Notes under the pieces: generated by a model
Seen by the model: the letters and a program-made list of their open reading frames with translations, nothing else
Told to the model about the DNA's origin: nothing
Databases searched by the model: none
Part shown: in pieces, positions 1-9,980 of the stretch
Numbering within the stretch: position 1 is the first letter of the stretch
Layout: each line of letters opens with the position of its first letter
Program-made: the position numbers and the translations under genes
Origin: an uncultured Candidatus Saccharibacteria bacterium
Lineage (GTDB): Bacteria; Patescibacteriota; JABMPQ01; JAQVVF01
Assembly: GCA_964574655.1 (NCBI GenBank)
Contig: CAZNOH010000001.1
Span: 329,852 to 393,851 of the forward strand
Direction of reading: 5' to 3'
Length of the DNA stretch: 64,000 nucleotides

Positions 1-624
1 GATATCAAAGATATTGCGGATATTGAAAAAAAAATTGGCTATCCTTGCTTTATCAAACCAGCGAATATGGGATCTTCGGTTGGAATTAGCAAAGCGCATG
101 ATCGAAAAGAATTGATTGCAGGGATTGTTGATGCTTTTAAATATGATGCAAAAGTTTTGATTGAAAAAGCGGTTGAAAAACCAAGAGAGATTGAATGTGC
201 TGTTTTAGGAAATGAAGATCCAAAGGCTTCTGTTTTAGGCGAGATTTTTCCGTCTGAGGAATTTTATAGTTATGAAGCAAAATATGTTTCAGAATCAAAG
301 ACAGAAGCACCAGCAAAATTGCCAGATGAAATTTCAGAAGAAATTAAAAAACAAGCGATTAATGCTTTCAAGGCAGTTGATTGTAAAGGCATGGCAAGAG
401 TTGATTTTTTAGTGAATCAGGATCTATCAGAAATTTATATTAATGAAATAAATACAATTCCTGGATTTACATCAATATCAATGTATCCAAAATTGTGGGA
501 GAAATCAGGATTGAATTATTCTGAATTATTGGATGAATTGATCAAGCTAGCACTGGAAAGAAATAAAGAAAAAAAAGAATTGAAGACGAGTTTTGAAGAA
601 GCAGGAACGTGGCATAAAAAATAA
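1..624 (+). CDS. ddl: D-alanine--D-alanine ligase (5' truncated by window)
   Basis: Frame open from base 1: IGYPCFIKPANMGSSVGI, REIECAVLGN, FYSYEAKY, ARVDF, INEINTIPGFT; upstream of ftsQ. Confidence 0.95.
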   Translation, partial: DIKDIADIEKKIGYPCFIKPANMGSSVGISKAHDRKELIAGIVDAFKYDAKVLIEKAVEKPREIECAVLGNEDPKASVLGEIFPSEEFYSYEAKYVSESKTEAPAKLPDEISEEIKKQAINAFKAVDCKGMARVDFLVNQDLSEIYINEINTIPGFTSISMYPKLWEKSGLNYSELLDELIKLALERNKEKKELKTSFEEAGTWHKK

Positions 625-634
625 AATTAAAGAT

Positions 635-663
635 GTAGAGACGTTGCAATGCAACGTCTCTAC
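635..663. repeat. GTAG-type REP palindrome
   Basis: gtagagacgttgca-a-tgcaacgtctctac; related copies at 38872 and 62511. Confidence 0.85.
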
Positions 664-677
664 AAAATTAGAATAAA

Positions 678-1334
678 ATGGCAGGAATTGAAACGGGACA
701 AAATTTGCAAAGAGATATCTCAAGTTCTGAACAAGAAAAGCAAGAGCCTGGTTTGGAATTGGTAAAAGGAGAAGAATTAGATGGTGTTGTTGAAGCAACT
801 AGTGATTTGGCTGGAAAAATGGAAAGAGATGAAAAAATTACTGGCGATGATGTGTTAAAATTAGACGAGGCGTTGGGAAAAGTGAGAGTTAATGTTGGTG
901 GCGAGATGATGACGATTGATGAAGTCAAAAATATTCCGGATTTACAAGAAAATTTGAAACTTTTTGATGAAATATTAAGAGGTTCTATTGTTGCGGAACA
1001 ACATTTAACATTTATTACCCTGAAAATTGCTTCATTATTAATTAATAATGAGTCTCGTGTTTCAATAGATATATATTTAGAAACTCTTGAAGAAATATCA
1101 GATGAGGTTGTACTTTTATTAAGTCAATCGGAATTAAATCTTTTTCTTGATAAGATTAGATATCTGTCTGATAAAGCATTGCAATATTTGCTTGATCGTA
1201 AAGAGGGGCTTGTTTCTTTAAGAGGATTGCGTGATTTGTCAGATCATTCTATAGAATTGTTAAGAAATTATTCAAAAAATAATATTATTGTTTCTCGCTT
1301 GATTAAAGAAAAAATGTTGGAAAATAAAAAATAA
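678..1334 (+). CDS. Hypothetical protein, paralog of 32893..33564; conserved N-terminal domain plus LRR-like C-terminus
   Basis: PGLELVKGEE..LAGKMERDE..LDEALGK..VGGE.MT..IPDL shared with 32893 ORF; LxxLxxLSD-type repeats. Confidence 0.8.
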   Translation: MAGIETGQNLQRDISSSEQEKQEPGLELVKGEELDGVVEATSDLAGKMERDEKITGDDVLKLDEALGKVRVNVGGEMMTIDEVKNIPDLQENLKLFDEILRGSIVAEQHLTFITLKIASLLINNESRVSIDIYLETLEEISDEVVLLLSQSELNLFLDKIRYLSDKALQYLLDRKEGLVSLRGLRDLSDHSIELLRNYSKNNIIVSRLIKEKMLENKK

Positions 1335-1339
1335 ATATA

Positions 1340-2215
1340 ATGGCAAAATTGGGAGGATATTATTATTCAAAAAAAAGAGATAGAGGACTTTCTTCTTACG
1401 CTAAAAAAATGCGGAAGATGAAAAAAAGGTCAATCCAAAGTTTAGGAAAAACTAAGCCAAATTTTGGTGTTTCTTTGCGAGGCAAAACAACGCTTATTGC
1501 TTTGTTAATTGCAGTGATAATTTGCGCTGGCATATTATTTTTTAGTAATTTTTTTGCAGTTAAAAAAGCGGTGTTGGTTGGAAACAACAAAATTAAAAGT
1601 GAAGATATTGAAAGTATATTGAAAGATGCTATTTCTGGAAACAGATTTGTTGTTTTTTCAGCAAGTAATATTATGTTAATTAATGATGGAAAGATAAAAA
1701 ACAAGATAATGGAAGAAATGCCGTTGATTGACAGAATCGAAATAAAAAGAATGTTGCCGAATACTTTGAAATTAAATATTCCTGAAAGAGATCCTTTTGC
1801 TATTTGGGAGACAGGCGGAAAAAAATATCTAGTTGATTCAAAAGGAAAAGTTTGTTATGAAATCAAAGATAATGTTAATATGGACTTGCCAATAATATAT
1901 GATAAGCAAAATAAAGCAGTTGAGGTAAAAGGAGAGGCAACTTTTCCGCAACAAATAAATGTTATTAGAAATATTTTGAATTCATTAAAAGATAAAACAA
2001 AATTAGAAGTTGAATTTGTATCTTTGCCAAATTCATTAGGCTTTGAAGTTGATGTAAAAACAAAAGACGGATTTATGGTTTACTTTAATACTGAAAGAAG
2101 CGTTGATTCTCAAATAAGAGATTTAAAAAGTGTTTTGGATAAACAAGTTGCTGAGCAAAAAAGTTCTCTTCAGTATATTGATTTAAGAGTTGAAAACTGG
2201 GTATACTATAAGTAA
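1340..2215 (+). CDS. ftsQ: Cell division protein FtsQ/DivIB
   Basis: Basic N-tail, single TM, POTRA-like (V.LVGNNKI..KRMLPNTLKLNIPER), C-terminal YIDLR; follows ddl. Confidence 0.85.
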   Translation: MAKLGGYYYSKKRDRGLSSYAKKMRKMKKRSIQSLGKTKPNFGVSLRGKTTLIALLIAVIICAGILFFSNFFAVKKAVLVGNNKIKSEDIESILKDAISGNRFVVFSASNIMLINDGKIKNKIMEEMPLIDRIEIKRMLPNTLKLNIPERDPFAIWETGGKKYLVDSKGKVCYEIKDNVNMDLPIIYDKQNKAVEVKGEATFPQQINVIRNILNSLKDKTKLEVEFVSLPNSLGFEVDVKTKDGFMVYFNTERSVDSQIRDLKSVLDKQVAEQKSSLQYIDLRVENWVYYK

Positions 2216-2279
2216 AAGGCAAAATTAAAAATTAAAAAGTAAAAAACGACAATTAAAAAGTAAAAATAAATTAAAAATT

Positions 2280-2657
2280 GTGGCGAAATTTAAAGAAAAA
2301 ATTGGTTTATTGAAAAAACATCCATATTTTAGATGTAAATTTAGTTTGATTATGCTTTTTAACAGTTTGCTCTTGAATTTAAGCCTGTGGATGTTATTAT
2401 ACTTTAGAATAAAGCCTTCAAATTTTCCTGTGCCTTTGCACTATTCAGTTTATTTTGGCATAGACAATATTGATTATTGGTATAAAGTATTTTTTGTGCC
2501 AGGAATAGGTGTTTTATTCATTTTTTTGAATTTGTTTCTTTGTATTTGGTTTTATAATAAAGAAAGATTTATCACGCATTTTTTAAGTGTGAATAATTTT
2601 GTTGTTCAAGGCGTTTTGTTTGGTTTTGTGATTCCATTAGTATTTATGCAAACATAA
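2280..2657 (+). CDS. Small membrane protein
   Basis: GTG start, about 3 hydrophobic segments, VPLHYSVYFGID motif. Confidence 0.7.
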   Translation: MAKFKEKIGLLKKHPYFRCKFSLIMLFNSLLLNLSLWMLLYFRIKPSNFPVPLHYSVYFGIDNIDYWYKVFFVPGIGVLFIFLNLFLCIWFYNKERFITHFLSVNNFVVQGVLFGFVIPLVFMQT

Positions 2658-2755
2658 TACGAATAAAAATACGAATAATGCGAATGTTGCGAATTACGAA
2701 TCGACGTATTTGCAATTCGTATCATTTGCATTATTCGTAAGGGCATTCGTATTAT
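2655..2755. repeat. Inverted array of TACGAAT/TGCGAAT units
   Basis: Left arm tacgaat..tacgaat..tgcgaat..tgcgaat; right arm attcgta..atttgca..attcgta..attcgta. Confidence 0.7.
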
Positions 2756-2761
2756 TATATT

Positions 2762-4306
2762 ATGAGAGCAGATCAAATTAAAAATAGAAAAGATAGGATT
2801 TGTTATCGGCTGTATGAAATATTGCCAGGCTTTTTGTCTTGGGGAGTTTTGTTTGGTAGTATAGTTTTATCTTTCATACATCCTGTTTGGGTAGCTATTT
2901 TTATTATTTGTTTTGATGTTTATTGGTTGATAAAAGTGCTGTATTTGGCAGTGTATTTGCTTGTTTCTTATCGAAGGTTAAAAAAGAATGAAAAAGAAGC
3001 ATGGCTCACAAATTGCAAAAAATTGAATCCTACTGACAGGCCAAAATTTGAAGAGATCTATCATCTGGTTATTATTCCAATGGTTTTTGAAGATATTGAA
3101 ATTGTTAAGCAGACTTTTCAAGCTTTAATTTGTGCAAACTATCCGAAAGATAAGATGATTGTGGTTTTGGCAACTGAAGAGAGGGCAGGAATTTGGGCTT
3201 GCAAGGTTGCTGATCGGATAAAAGCGGAATTTGGCGATAAATTTTATCATTTTCAAGTAACAAAACATCCAGATAATATTATTGGCGAGTTAAAAGGCAA
3301 AGGATCTAACGAAACTTGGGCAGCAAAAGAAATTCGTAAATTTATTGATGAAAAAGGATTGTCTTATGAAAGTGTAATTACATCTGTGTTTGATGTTGAT
3401 ACTTGCGTACATCCAGAATATTTTGGCGTTTTGACTTATAAATTTTTGACTGTTCCTGATCATTTGCATGCTTCTTTTCAACCAGTGCCAATGTTTTTTA
3501 ATAATCTTTGGGATTCTCCGGCGTTAATGAGAATCGTGGCAATGAGTACGACTTTTTGGATGCTGATGGAGCAAGGAAGGCCAGAAAAATTGTATACTTT
3601 TTCTAGCCATAGTATGAATTTTAAAACTTTGACTGAAATTGGATTTTGGGAAACCGATGTGGTGTCTGAGGATTCAAGAATATTTTGGCAGTGTTTTAAT
3701 TATTATAATGGCAATTATCGTTGCGAGCCTTTGTTGATTCCTGTTTATATGGATACAGTTTTGGCAGGCACTTTTTGGCAAAGCGTTGTAAATCAATACA
3801 AGCAACAAAGAAGATGGGCATATGGAGCAGAAAATATTCCTTATGTTTTAACTAGATTTTCAAAAAATAAAAAGATTCCATTTTTTAAAAAGCTTGATCA
3901 TGGTTTTTGGGTGGTTGAGGGCATGTTTTCTTGGGCAACAAGCTCAATAATAATTTTTATGGCTGGCTGGTTGCCATTGTTTGTAGGTGGAGAGGCTTTT
4001 TCAAAATCATTATTAGCTCAAAATTTGCCTTATGTGACGCAAATATTAATGACAATGGCAATGTTGGGCATGATCGTTTCTGCTACTCTCAGCATGTTTA
4101 TGCTTCCTCCAAGGCCAAAGAGACATGGGCAACACAAAATATTATTTATGTTGTTGCAATGGATTTTATTGCCGATTTCAACAATTTGTTTGGGTGCTTT
4201 TCCAGCATTAGATGCGCAAACTAGATTAATGTTTGGAAAATATATGGGATTCTGGGTGACTGAAAAGTCAAGAAGGCGTGAGCCAGAAGTAAAAAGTCAA
4301 AATTAA
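2762..4306 (+). CDS. Membrane glycosyltransferase family 2
   Basis: KGKGSNE, VFDVDT, VVSEDSR, QQRRWAYG (QxxRW) motifs; N- and C-terminal TMs. Confidence 0.85.
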   Translation: MRADQIKNRKDRICYRLYEILPGFLSWGVLFGSIVLSFIHPVWVAIFIICFDVYWLIKVLYLAVYLLVSYRRLKKNEKEAWLTNCKKLNPTDRPKFEEIYHLVIIPMVFEDIEIVKQTFQALICANYPKDKMIVVLATEERAGIWACKVADRIKAEFGDKFYHFQVTKHPDNIIGELKGKGSNETWAAKEIRKFIDEKGLSYESVITSVFDVDTCVHPEYFGVLTYKFLTVPDHLHASFQPVPMFFNNLWDSPALMRIVAMSTTFWMLMEQGRPEKLYTFSSHSMNFKTLTEIGFWETDVVSEDSRIFWQCFNYYNGNYRCEPLLIPVYMDTVLAGTFWQSVVNQYKQQRRWAYGAENIPYVLTRFSKNKKIPFFKKLDHGFWVVEGMFSWATSSIIIFMAGWLPLFVGGEAFSKSLLAQNLPYVTQILMTMAMLGMIVSATLSMFMLPPRPKRHGQHKILFMLLQWILLPISTICLGAFPALDAQTRLMFGKYMGFWVTEKSRRREPEVKSQN

Positions 4307-4387
4307 AAAATAAAAAGTTACAAGTAAAAATTAAAAAGAACTGCATTCGTTTTTTACTTTTGCCTTTTTATTTTTAACTTTTTAATT
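4290..4387. repeat. Inverted ~7-bp-period array (AAAAGT/AAAATT units)
   Basis: aaaagtcaaaattaaaaaataaaaagtt... mirrored by ...tttttacttttgcctttttatttttaactttttaattt; similar left arm alone at 2214-2279. Confidence 0.6.
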
Positions 4388-4388
4388 T

Positions 4389-6032
4389 ATGTTTGATATT
4401 ATAATCAGGAATGGGACTATTGTAGATGGGACTGGCAAAGAAAAATATCAGGCGGATATTGGAATTAACCGAGATACGATTTCAGAAATTGGAAATTTGG
4501 AAAATGCCAAGGCTTTGCAGCAAATTAATGCTAAGGATTTTTTTGTTTGTCCTGGTTTTGTTGATGTCTTAAATCATTCTGATAGTTATTTTAAGCTTTT
4601 CTCAAATCCAACTTTAGATAGTTTGGCTTTGCAAGGAGTAACAACAATTATCGGCGGTAATTGTGGAACATCTTTAGCGCCTTTATCTTCTAGCTTTACA
4701 ATGAATGAATTAAATAAAAGAATGGGCTTTAAGGCTAATGTAATTACTAATCCAGCTAAAAGTGAGACGTTGTTGAAATCAATGAGAAAATGGATTGATG
4801 TTTCTGGGATTAATATTAATTGGTCTACTCTAGATGAATTTCTTGCTGTTTTAGGTAATCAAGGTCTTTCATTAAATTTTGGTACGTTGATTGGTCATAG
4901 TTCTATTAGGAGAAATCTTGTAGGTGAAAGAATTTCTGATTTATCGACTGATGAACTTACTTTTTTTAAAGAGATGATTGCTGATTCAATTCAACAAGGA
5001 GCATTAGGTATGTCATGCGGTCTTTCTTTTAGTCATGAGAATTTTGTAGAAACTAGCGAGCTTATGGATTTAGCTTCGGTATTGCATGAGTCAGATTCCA
5101 TTATGTCATTTCATCTTCGAAATGAGGCAGAAAGAATTGTTGAATCAGTATCAGAAGCAATCGAAATTGCCAAGAGGAGCGGAGTCAGAGTCGAAATATC
5201 GCATTTTAAGATCAACGGAAAAGAAAATTGGGATAAGATTGACGAAGTTTTATCTTTAGTCGAAAGGGCGAGTGAAAAAGGCTTGGAAATAAATTTTGAT
5301 TTTTATCCTTATGATTTTGGCTGGGCGGTTTTTTATCAATTCTTGCCAAGCTCGTTATATATCGGCGGTAGAGAAAAAATGTTGAAGCGTTTATTAGACG
5401 AAAGAGAGAGACCGGCAATTCTAAATTCTTTGAAGGAAATTTCATTAAGAGTTTCTGATATGATAATTGCTTATAGTCCTTTTAATAAAGCATTTGTGGG
5501 CAGAAGTTTTTCTGACATTGCCAAATCTCAGGGAATAAGTTTGGAAGAAGCAATAATGATGGCTTTGATTGACTCGCGCGGCCATTTAATTTGTTTTGAT
5601 AAAGCATTGGATGAAAAGAATATTGTTAAACAGATAAAACATCCATTGGGAATCTTGTCTTCTGATGGCAGTGGTTTTTTTGAAGAAGAAAATAGAAATG
5701 GCCAGCTTGTTCATCCGAGATGTTTTGGAGCATTTACGCGTTTTTTGGGTAAATATGTTCGTGATTCTAGGTTTTTGGAATGGGAGAAGGCAATCCAAAA
5801 AATTACTTCAATGCCAGCTTTAAAATATGGAATAAATAATAGAGGTTTCCTGCAGGCTGGATTAAAAGCTGATATTGCAATTTTTGATCCAAATAAAATC
5901 ACTGATATGGCAACAATAGAAAATCCTTTTCAATATTCTCGGGGAATAAAATATGTTTTAGTGAATGGGAAGTTCGTAGTTAGCGATTCTAAACATACAA
6001 AAGAATTGGCTGGTGAGATAATTAGAAAATAA
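4389..6032 (+). CDS. N-acyl-D-amino-acid deacylase family amidohydrolase
   Basis: FDIIIRNGTIVDGTG, PGFVDVLNHSD, GVTTIIGGNCG, HLRNE, SHFK, HPRCFGAF, ADIAIFDP. Confidence 0.88.
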   Translation: MFDIIIRNGTIVDGTGKEKYQADIGINRDTISEIGNLENAKALQQINAKDFFVCPGFVDVLNHSDSYFKLFSNPTLDSLALQGVTTIIGGNCGTSLAPLSSSFTMNELNKRMGFKANVITNPAKSETLLKSMRKWIDVSGININWSTLDEFLAVLGNQGLSLNFGTLIGHSSIRRNLVGERISDLSTDELTFFKEMIADSIQQGALGMSCGLSFSHENFVETSELMDLASVLHESDSIMSFHLRNEAERIVESVSEAIEIAKRSGVRVEISHFKINGKENWDKIDEVLSLVERASEKGLEINFDFYPYDFGWAVFYQFLPSSLYIGGREKMLKRLLDERERPAILNSLKEISLRVSDMIIAYSPFNKAFVGRSFSDIAKSQGISLEEAIMMALIDSRGHLICFDKALDEKNIVKQIKHPLGILSSDGSGFFEEENRNGQLVHPRCFGAFTRFLGKYVRDSRFLEWEKAIQKITSMPALKYGINNRGFLQAGLKADIAIFDPNKITDMATIENPFQYSRGIKYVLVNGKFVVSDSKHTKELAGEIIRK

Positions 6033-6042
6033 TAAAATTTTC

Positions 6043-6081
6043 TACCCAACTTTAGTTGGGGTTCGGAAAGCTTTAGTTTTC
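6043..6081. repeat. TACCC double-hairpin repeat (IS200/IS605-end-like)
   Basis: ta-cccaact-tt-agttggg-gttcg-gaaagct-tt-agttttc; copies at 15098, 31801, 34268 and a half copy at 6136-6157. Confidence 0.75.
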
Positions 6082-6168
6082 ATGACTTGGAAATTAAGAA
6101 ATTGACTAATTAAATTGGTTGGATTATTCTGATTCTACCCTGCTTATAGCAGGGGTTTTGGTAAATTT

Positions 6169-6972
6169 ATGCAAAAAATAGTTTCTGAAAAATTAAGTAA
6201 ATATAAAAATCTAGTTCAAAGTTTGTCTATCGGTGACTTTGGGAGATTGAGATTCGGAGAGGATAAAAGCGAAAGTCATATAAAACAGATTATTAAGAAT
6301 AGAGAAGAGTATTTTAAAAATTTTGGTGTTGATTTGAAAAATGTGGTAATGCAGAATCAAGTTCATGGAACTAATATTTCTTTAGTTTCTAAAAATGATT
6401 GCGGAAAAGGTGTATTTGGTCCCAAAACTTATGTTAAAGATAGTGATGGATTAATTACAAAAGATAGAAATGTTTTTTTAGTGTGCTTTACGGCTGATTG
6501 CTTGCCCGTTTCTTTTTATGACCATAAGCTAAAAATTTGTGGCATTGCTCATTCTGGCTGGAAAGGAACTTTAAATAATATTGTTGGCAAAATGATTAAT
6601 GAATTTGAAAAATTGGGCAGTAATGCAAAAGACATTATTGTTTATATTGGACCAGCAATTGGCAAATGTTGTTATGAAGTGAGCAAGGCTAAGGATAATA
6701 GAATCGCAAGATTTGAAAAATTCCTTCTTGGTCTGAAGCCTGCCTGCTCGGTAGGCAGGGCCAAGCCACAAGAAGAGTTGATTATAAAAAAAGAAAATAA
6801 AGCATATATAGACTTGAAAAAAATCGTTAGAGTAGAATTATTGGATGCCGATATTAAGAAAGAGAATATTGAAATCTCGGAAATTTGTACTAGTTGTGAT
6901 GAGCGGTTTCCGTCTTATCATCGAGATTTGGAATGCAAGGCTGATTTGTTGAGCGTGATTGGGATGAAATAG
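6169..6972 (+). CDS. pgeF: Peptidoglycan editing factor PgeF (YfiH)
   Basis: QVHG, DGLIT, TADCLPV, AHSGWKG, YIGPAIGKCCYEV, CTSC, SYHR. Confidence 0.92.
   Translation: MQKIVSEKLSKYKNLVQSLSIGDFGRLRFGEDKSESHIKQIIKNREEYFKNFGVDLKNVVMQNQVHGTNISLVSKNDCGKGVFGPKTYVKDSDGLITKDRNVFLVCFTADCLPVSFYDHKLKICGIAHSGWKGTLNNIVGKMINEFEKLGSNAKDIIVYIGPAIGKCCYEVSKAKDNRIARFEKFLLGLKPACSVGRAKPQEELIIKKENKAYIDLKKIVRVELLDADIKKENIEISEICTSCDERFPSYHRDLECKADLLSVIGMK
6739..6759. repeat. CCTGCC..GGCAGG palindrome inside pgeF
   Basis: cctgcctgctcggtaggcagg encoding PACSVGR. Confidence 0.7.
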
Positions 6973-7132
6973 CTTGCGAAAAGCTTGTTATTCGGATATT
7001 ATGATATTAAGATATTTGATAATCGAAACTCGGTTTTGTACAAAATTGAAAGATAAATGTGATTAAGAACAGCTTGATATGAATATTGTGTTGTTTGATT
7101 TAGTAAAAAACCGAGTATCTTAAGTTATCTCT

Positions 7133-8620
7133 ATGACAATAGAAGATCTAAAAAAGAAAAATATCCATGTTTTAGGCGTTTCTGGTGCTGAAGGAAGCGC
7201 GGTTTTGGAATTTTTGGCAGATAATGGCATTAAGAATATTACTGCTCATGATTTTTGCGATGAAGATAAATTTAAAGAAAGTTTTTTTTCTTTTCATGAT
7301 AGGTTGAATAAAAAAGAAAAAGAATCAGCTTTTGAAAAAGTCTTCCGCCTTCGCCAAGGCTTTGGCGGACAAGGAAAAATAAAGTTTAATTATAAAGATA
7401 CTTATCTTGACCAAGTTGAAAAGGCTGATCTTGTTTTTGTGCCACAATCTTGGTTCAGATATCCACAAAATAGCGTTTTGCATCAATACAAAGGTAGGAT
7501 TGAATTTTCCAATATTACTAAATTGTATTTTCAATTTTGTAAAGGAAAAATAATCGCAGTAACTGGAACTTCTGGAAAATCAACAACATCGGCATTAGTG
7601 AATGATGTAATGAAGAGAGGTTACAAATCAGGCAAAGTTTATTTTACTGGCAATGATCGCGAAAATGTCCAAGTATTAAATGATATTTTTGAAATAAAAG
7701 AAAATGATATTCTAGTTTTGGAAGTCAGTAATAGACAATTGATGATTGACTTAAAAAAAAGTCCTCATATCGGAATTATTACTAATATTTCGCCAAATCA
7801 TATGGATGATCATAAGACTTTTACTGATTACATTACGACAAAAAGAAGTTTGCTTAGATATCAGAAAAAGGATGATTTTGCGATTTTGAATTTTGATAAT
7901 GATATTACAAAAGATATCGGCTTAGATATTGATTCTACTGTTTATTTTTTTTCAAGAAAAGGCAGAGTTGATCGAGGCGCATATGTCAAATTTAATGAAA
8001 TAACTATTTTAGATGGTGCAAGAGAAAAAAGAATTTGTTCAGTGTTAGATCTCAAAATTCCTGGTCCACATAATATTGAAAATTCTTTGGCTGCAAGTTT
8101 AGTTGGCTATCTGATGGGAATTAATACAAAAGACATTAGAGAAGCGTTGTTAGGGTTTAAAGGAATAAAGTCTAGGTTGGAATTAGTAAAAGAAATTGAT
8201 GGTATTTCATATATAGAAGATTCTTCAGCTTGTAATCCTGAAGGGGCTGCTGTTGCTGTTTCTTCTTTTAGAAAACCGATGCTATTGATTGCCGGAGGTT
8301 CAAGGAAAAAACCTTATCCCGGAGAGTTTGATCGCATGGCTGATTCTGTAATTAATTCTAAAGTAAAAATGGCATTCCTTATTGGAGAAAGAGCAGAAAC
8401 AATAAAGCAGGCTTTGAAAAATTCAAGCATTAGATTTCAGAAAGCTGGTCCAATAATTAAAATTTGTGATAGCTTGGAGGATGCAGTGATATCTGCTAGC
8501 AAGTCAGCAAAAAAGGGTGATATAGTAATTATGTCTCCTGGTTGCGAAAGTTTTGGAATGTTTATTGATTATAGAGACAGAGCAAAGCAGTTTAAACGTT
8601 TGGTTAAAAACCTGGGTTAG
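7133..8620 (+). CDS. murD: UDP-N-acetylmuramoyl-L-alanine--D-glutamate ligase
   Basis: AVTGTSGKSTT, VLEVSN, ITNISPNHMDDH, EDSSACN, LIAGG, MSPGCESFGMF.DYRDR; precedes ftsW. Confidence 0.9.
   Translation: MTIEDLKKKNIHVLGVSGAEGSAVLEFLADNGIKNITAHDFCDEDKFKESFFSFHDRLNKKEKESAFEKVFRLRQGFGGQGKIKFNYKDTYLDQVEKADLVFVPQSWFRYPQNSVLHQYKGRIEFSNITKLYFQFCKGKIIAVTGTSGKSTTSALVNDVMKRGYKSGKVYFTGNDRENVQVLNDIFEIKENDILVLEVSNRQLMIDLKKSPHIGIITNISPNHMDDHKTFTDYITTKRSLLRYQKKDDFAILNFDNDITKDIGLDIDSTVYFFSRKGRVDRGAYVKFNEITILDGAREKRICSVLDLKIPGPHNIENSLAASLVGYLMGINTKDIREALLGFKGIKSRLELVKEIDGISYIEDSSACNPEGAAVAVSSFRKPMLLIAGGSRKKPYPGEFDRMADSVINSKVKMAFLIGERAETIKQALKNSSIRFQKAGPIIKICDSLEDAVISASKSAKKGDIVIMSPGCESFGMFIDYRDRAKQFKRLVKNLG
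7344..7373. repeat. 30-bp CAAG-tailed hairpin inserted in frame in murD
   Basis: tccgccttcgccaaggctttggcggacaag (RLRQGFGGQ); near-identical to 12825-12854. Confidence 0.85.
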
Positions 8621-8629
8621 ATGTTTTAA

Positions 8630-8770
8630 ATACAAAAAATTCTAAATTCTAAACACAAAATTCTAAATAAACTCAAAAAATTAAATTACAAAATTGCGAT
8701 TATGGCGTTGGTTTTGGTAATTTTTATTTTGTATTTTTAATTTATTTAGAATTTAGGATTTAGAGTTTTT
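8630..8770. repeat. Inverted heptamer array (AAATTCT..TTACAAA / AGAATTT)
   Basis: aaattct aaattct aaacaca aaattct aaataaa ctcaaaa aattaaa ttacaaa; mirrored tttattt agaattt aggattt agagttt. Confidence 0.75.
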
Positions 8771-8776
8771 AAAAGA

Positions 8777-9883
8777 ATGCAAAAACAAAAACCAGATTAT
8801 GTTTTTCTTGTCGTAGCACTAATTTTAGTGGTTTTTGGTTTGATTATGTTGTCTTCAGCAAGCGTTGTTTTGTCGTATCAGAATTTTGGCAATAATTATT
8901 ATTATTTTACTCATCAGCTTTTGTTTGGAGTGCTGATCGGATTAGTTGCAATGTTTGTTTGTTACAAAATTGATTATCATAACTGGAAAAAGTTTGCAGC
9001 ATTGATGTTAATTCTGACTTTGGTTTTGTTGGTCTTGGTTTTTATTCCAGGACTTGGTTTTGAATATGGAGGTGCGAAAAGATGGGTCAATTTGGGTCCC
9101 TTTGGGACCATTCAACCAACAGAAATTGCAAAATTAACTTTTCTTTTATATTTGGCAACTTGGCTAGACAAGAGATCTCAAGGAATAAAGGATTGGAAAT
9201 ATAGCTTTGCGCCATTTTTGCTTATGCTTGCTGTTGTTGGAACTTTAATAGTATTGCAACCCGATGTTGGTACAATGACAGTAATTATCTTAATGTCAAT
9301 CGTTGTGTATTTTGTGGCAGGAGGTAAAATAACGCATTTGGCAGTTCTGGGAGTGGGCGCTGTCTTGATCATGATGCTGTTGATAAAAATTGCGCCTTAT
9401 AGAATGTCACGTTTTACAGTGTTTTTAAATCCAGAACTAGATCCGCAGGGCATTGGTTATCAGATAAATCAATCTTTATTGGCCGTAGGATCTGGCGGAA
9501 TTTTGGGTAGAGGCTTGGGCAAGAGTATACAGAAACATAATTATTTGCCAGAGGCGTCTGGTGATTCTATTTTTGCTGTCATTGCTGAAGAAATGGGTTT
9601 TATTAGAATAATTTTCTTGTTATTACTTTTCTTATTTTTTACGTATCTTGGATTTAGAATTGCAAAAAGAGCGCCAGACATGTATGGAAAACTAATCGCA
9701 GCAGGAATTACAGCATGGGTAGCTTTGCAGGCTTTGATTAATATGTCAGCAATGATCTCTTTGATTCCCTTGACTGGCATTCCTTTGCCTTTTATATCTT
9801 ATGGTGGATCAGCGATTATTTCTTTGTTAGCGGCGTGTGGGATAATGTTGAATATTTCAAAGCAGTCGAGAGTTTCGGATTAA
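8777..9883 (+). CDS. ftsW: SEDS peptidoglycan polymerase FtsW
   Basis: GAKRW, IQPTEIAK, QPDVGT, GYQINQS..GSGG..G.GLG.S.QK..YLPE, TGIPLPFISYGGS. Confidence 0.95.
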   Translation: MQKQKPDYVFLVVALILVVFGLIMLSSASVVLSYQNFGNNYYYFTHQLLFGVLIGLVAMFVCYKIDYHNWKKFAALMLILTLVLLVLVFIPGLGFEYGGAKRWVNLGPFGTIQPTEIAKLTFLLYLATWLDKRSQGIKDWKYSFAPFLLMLAVVGTLIVLQPDVGTMTVIILMSIVVYFVAGGKITHLAVLGVGAVLIMMLLIKIAPYRMSRFTVFLNPELDPQGIGYQINQSLLAVGSGGILGRGLGKSIQKHNYLPEASGDSIFAVIAEEMGFIRIIFLLLLFLFFTYLGFRIAKRAPDMYGKLIAAGITAWVALQALINMSAMISLIPLTGIPLPFISYGGSAIISLLAACGIMLNISKQSRVSD

Positions 9884-9980
9884 ATTCTCTAATTCGATCT
9901 CTAATTCGCCTAATAAAATCTCTAATAATTTAAATCCTGATCTTTTTGACTTCAGGGTTTTTTTGTATTATATTGGAATT

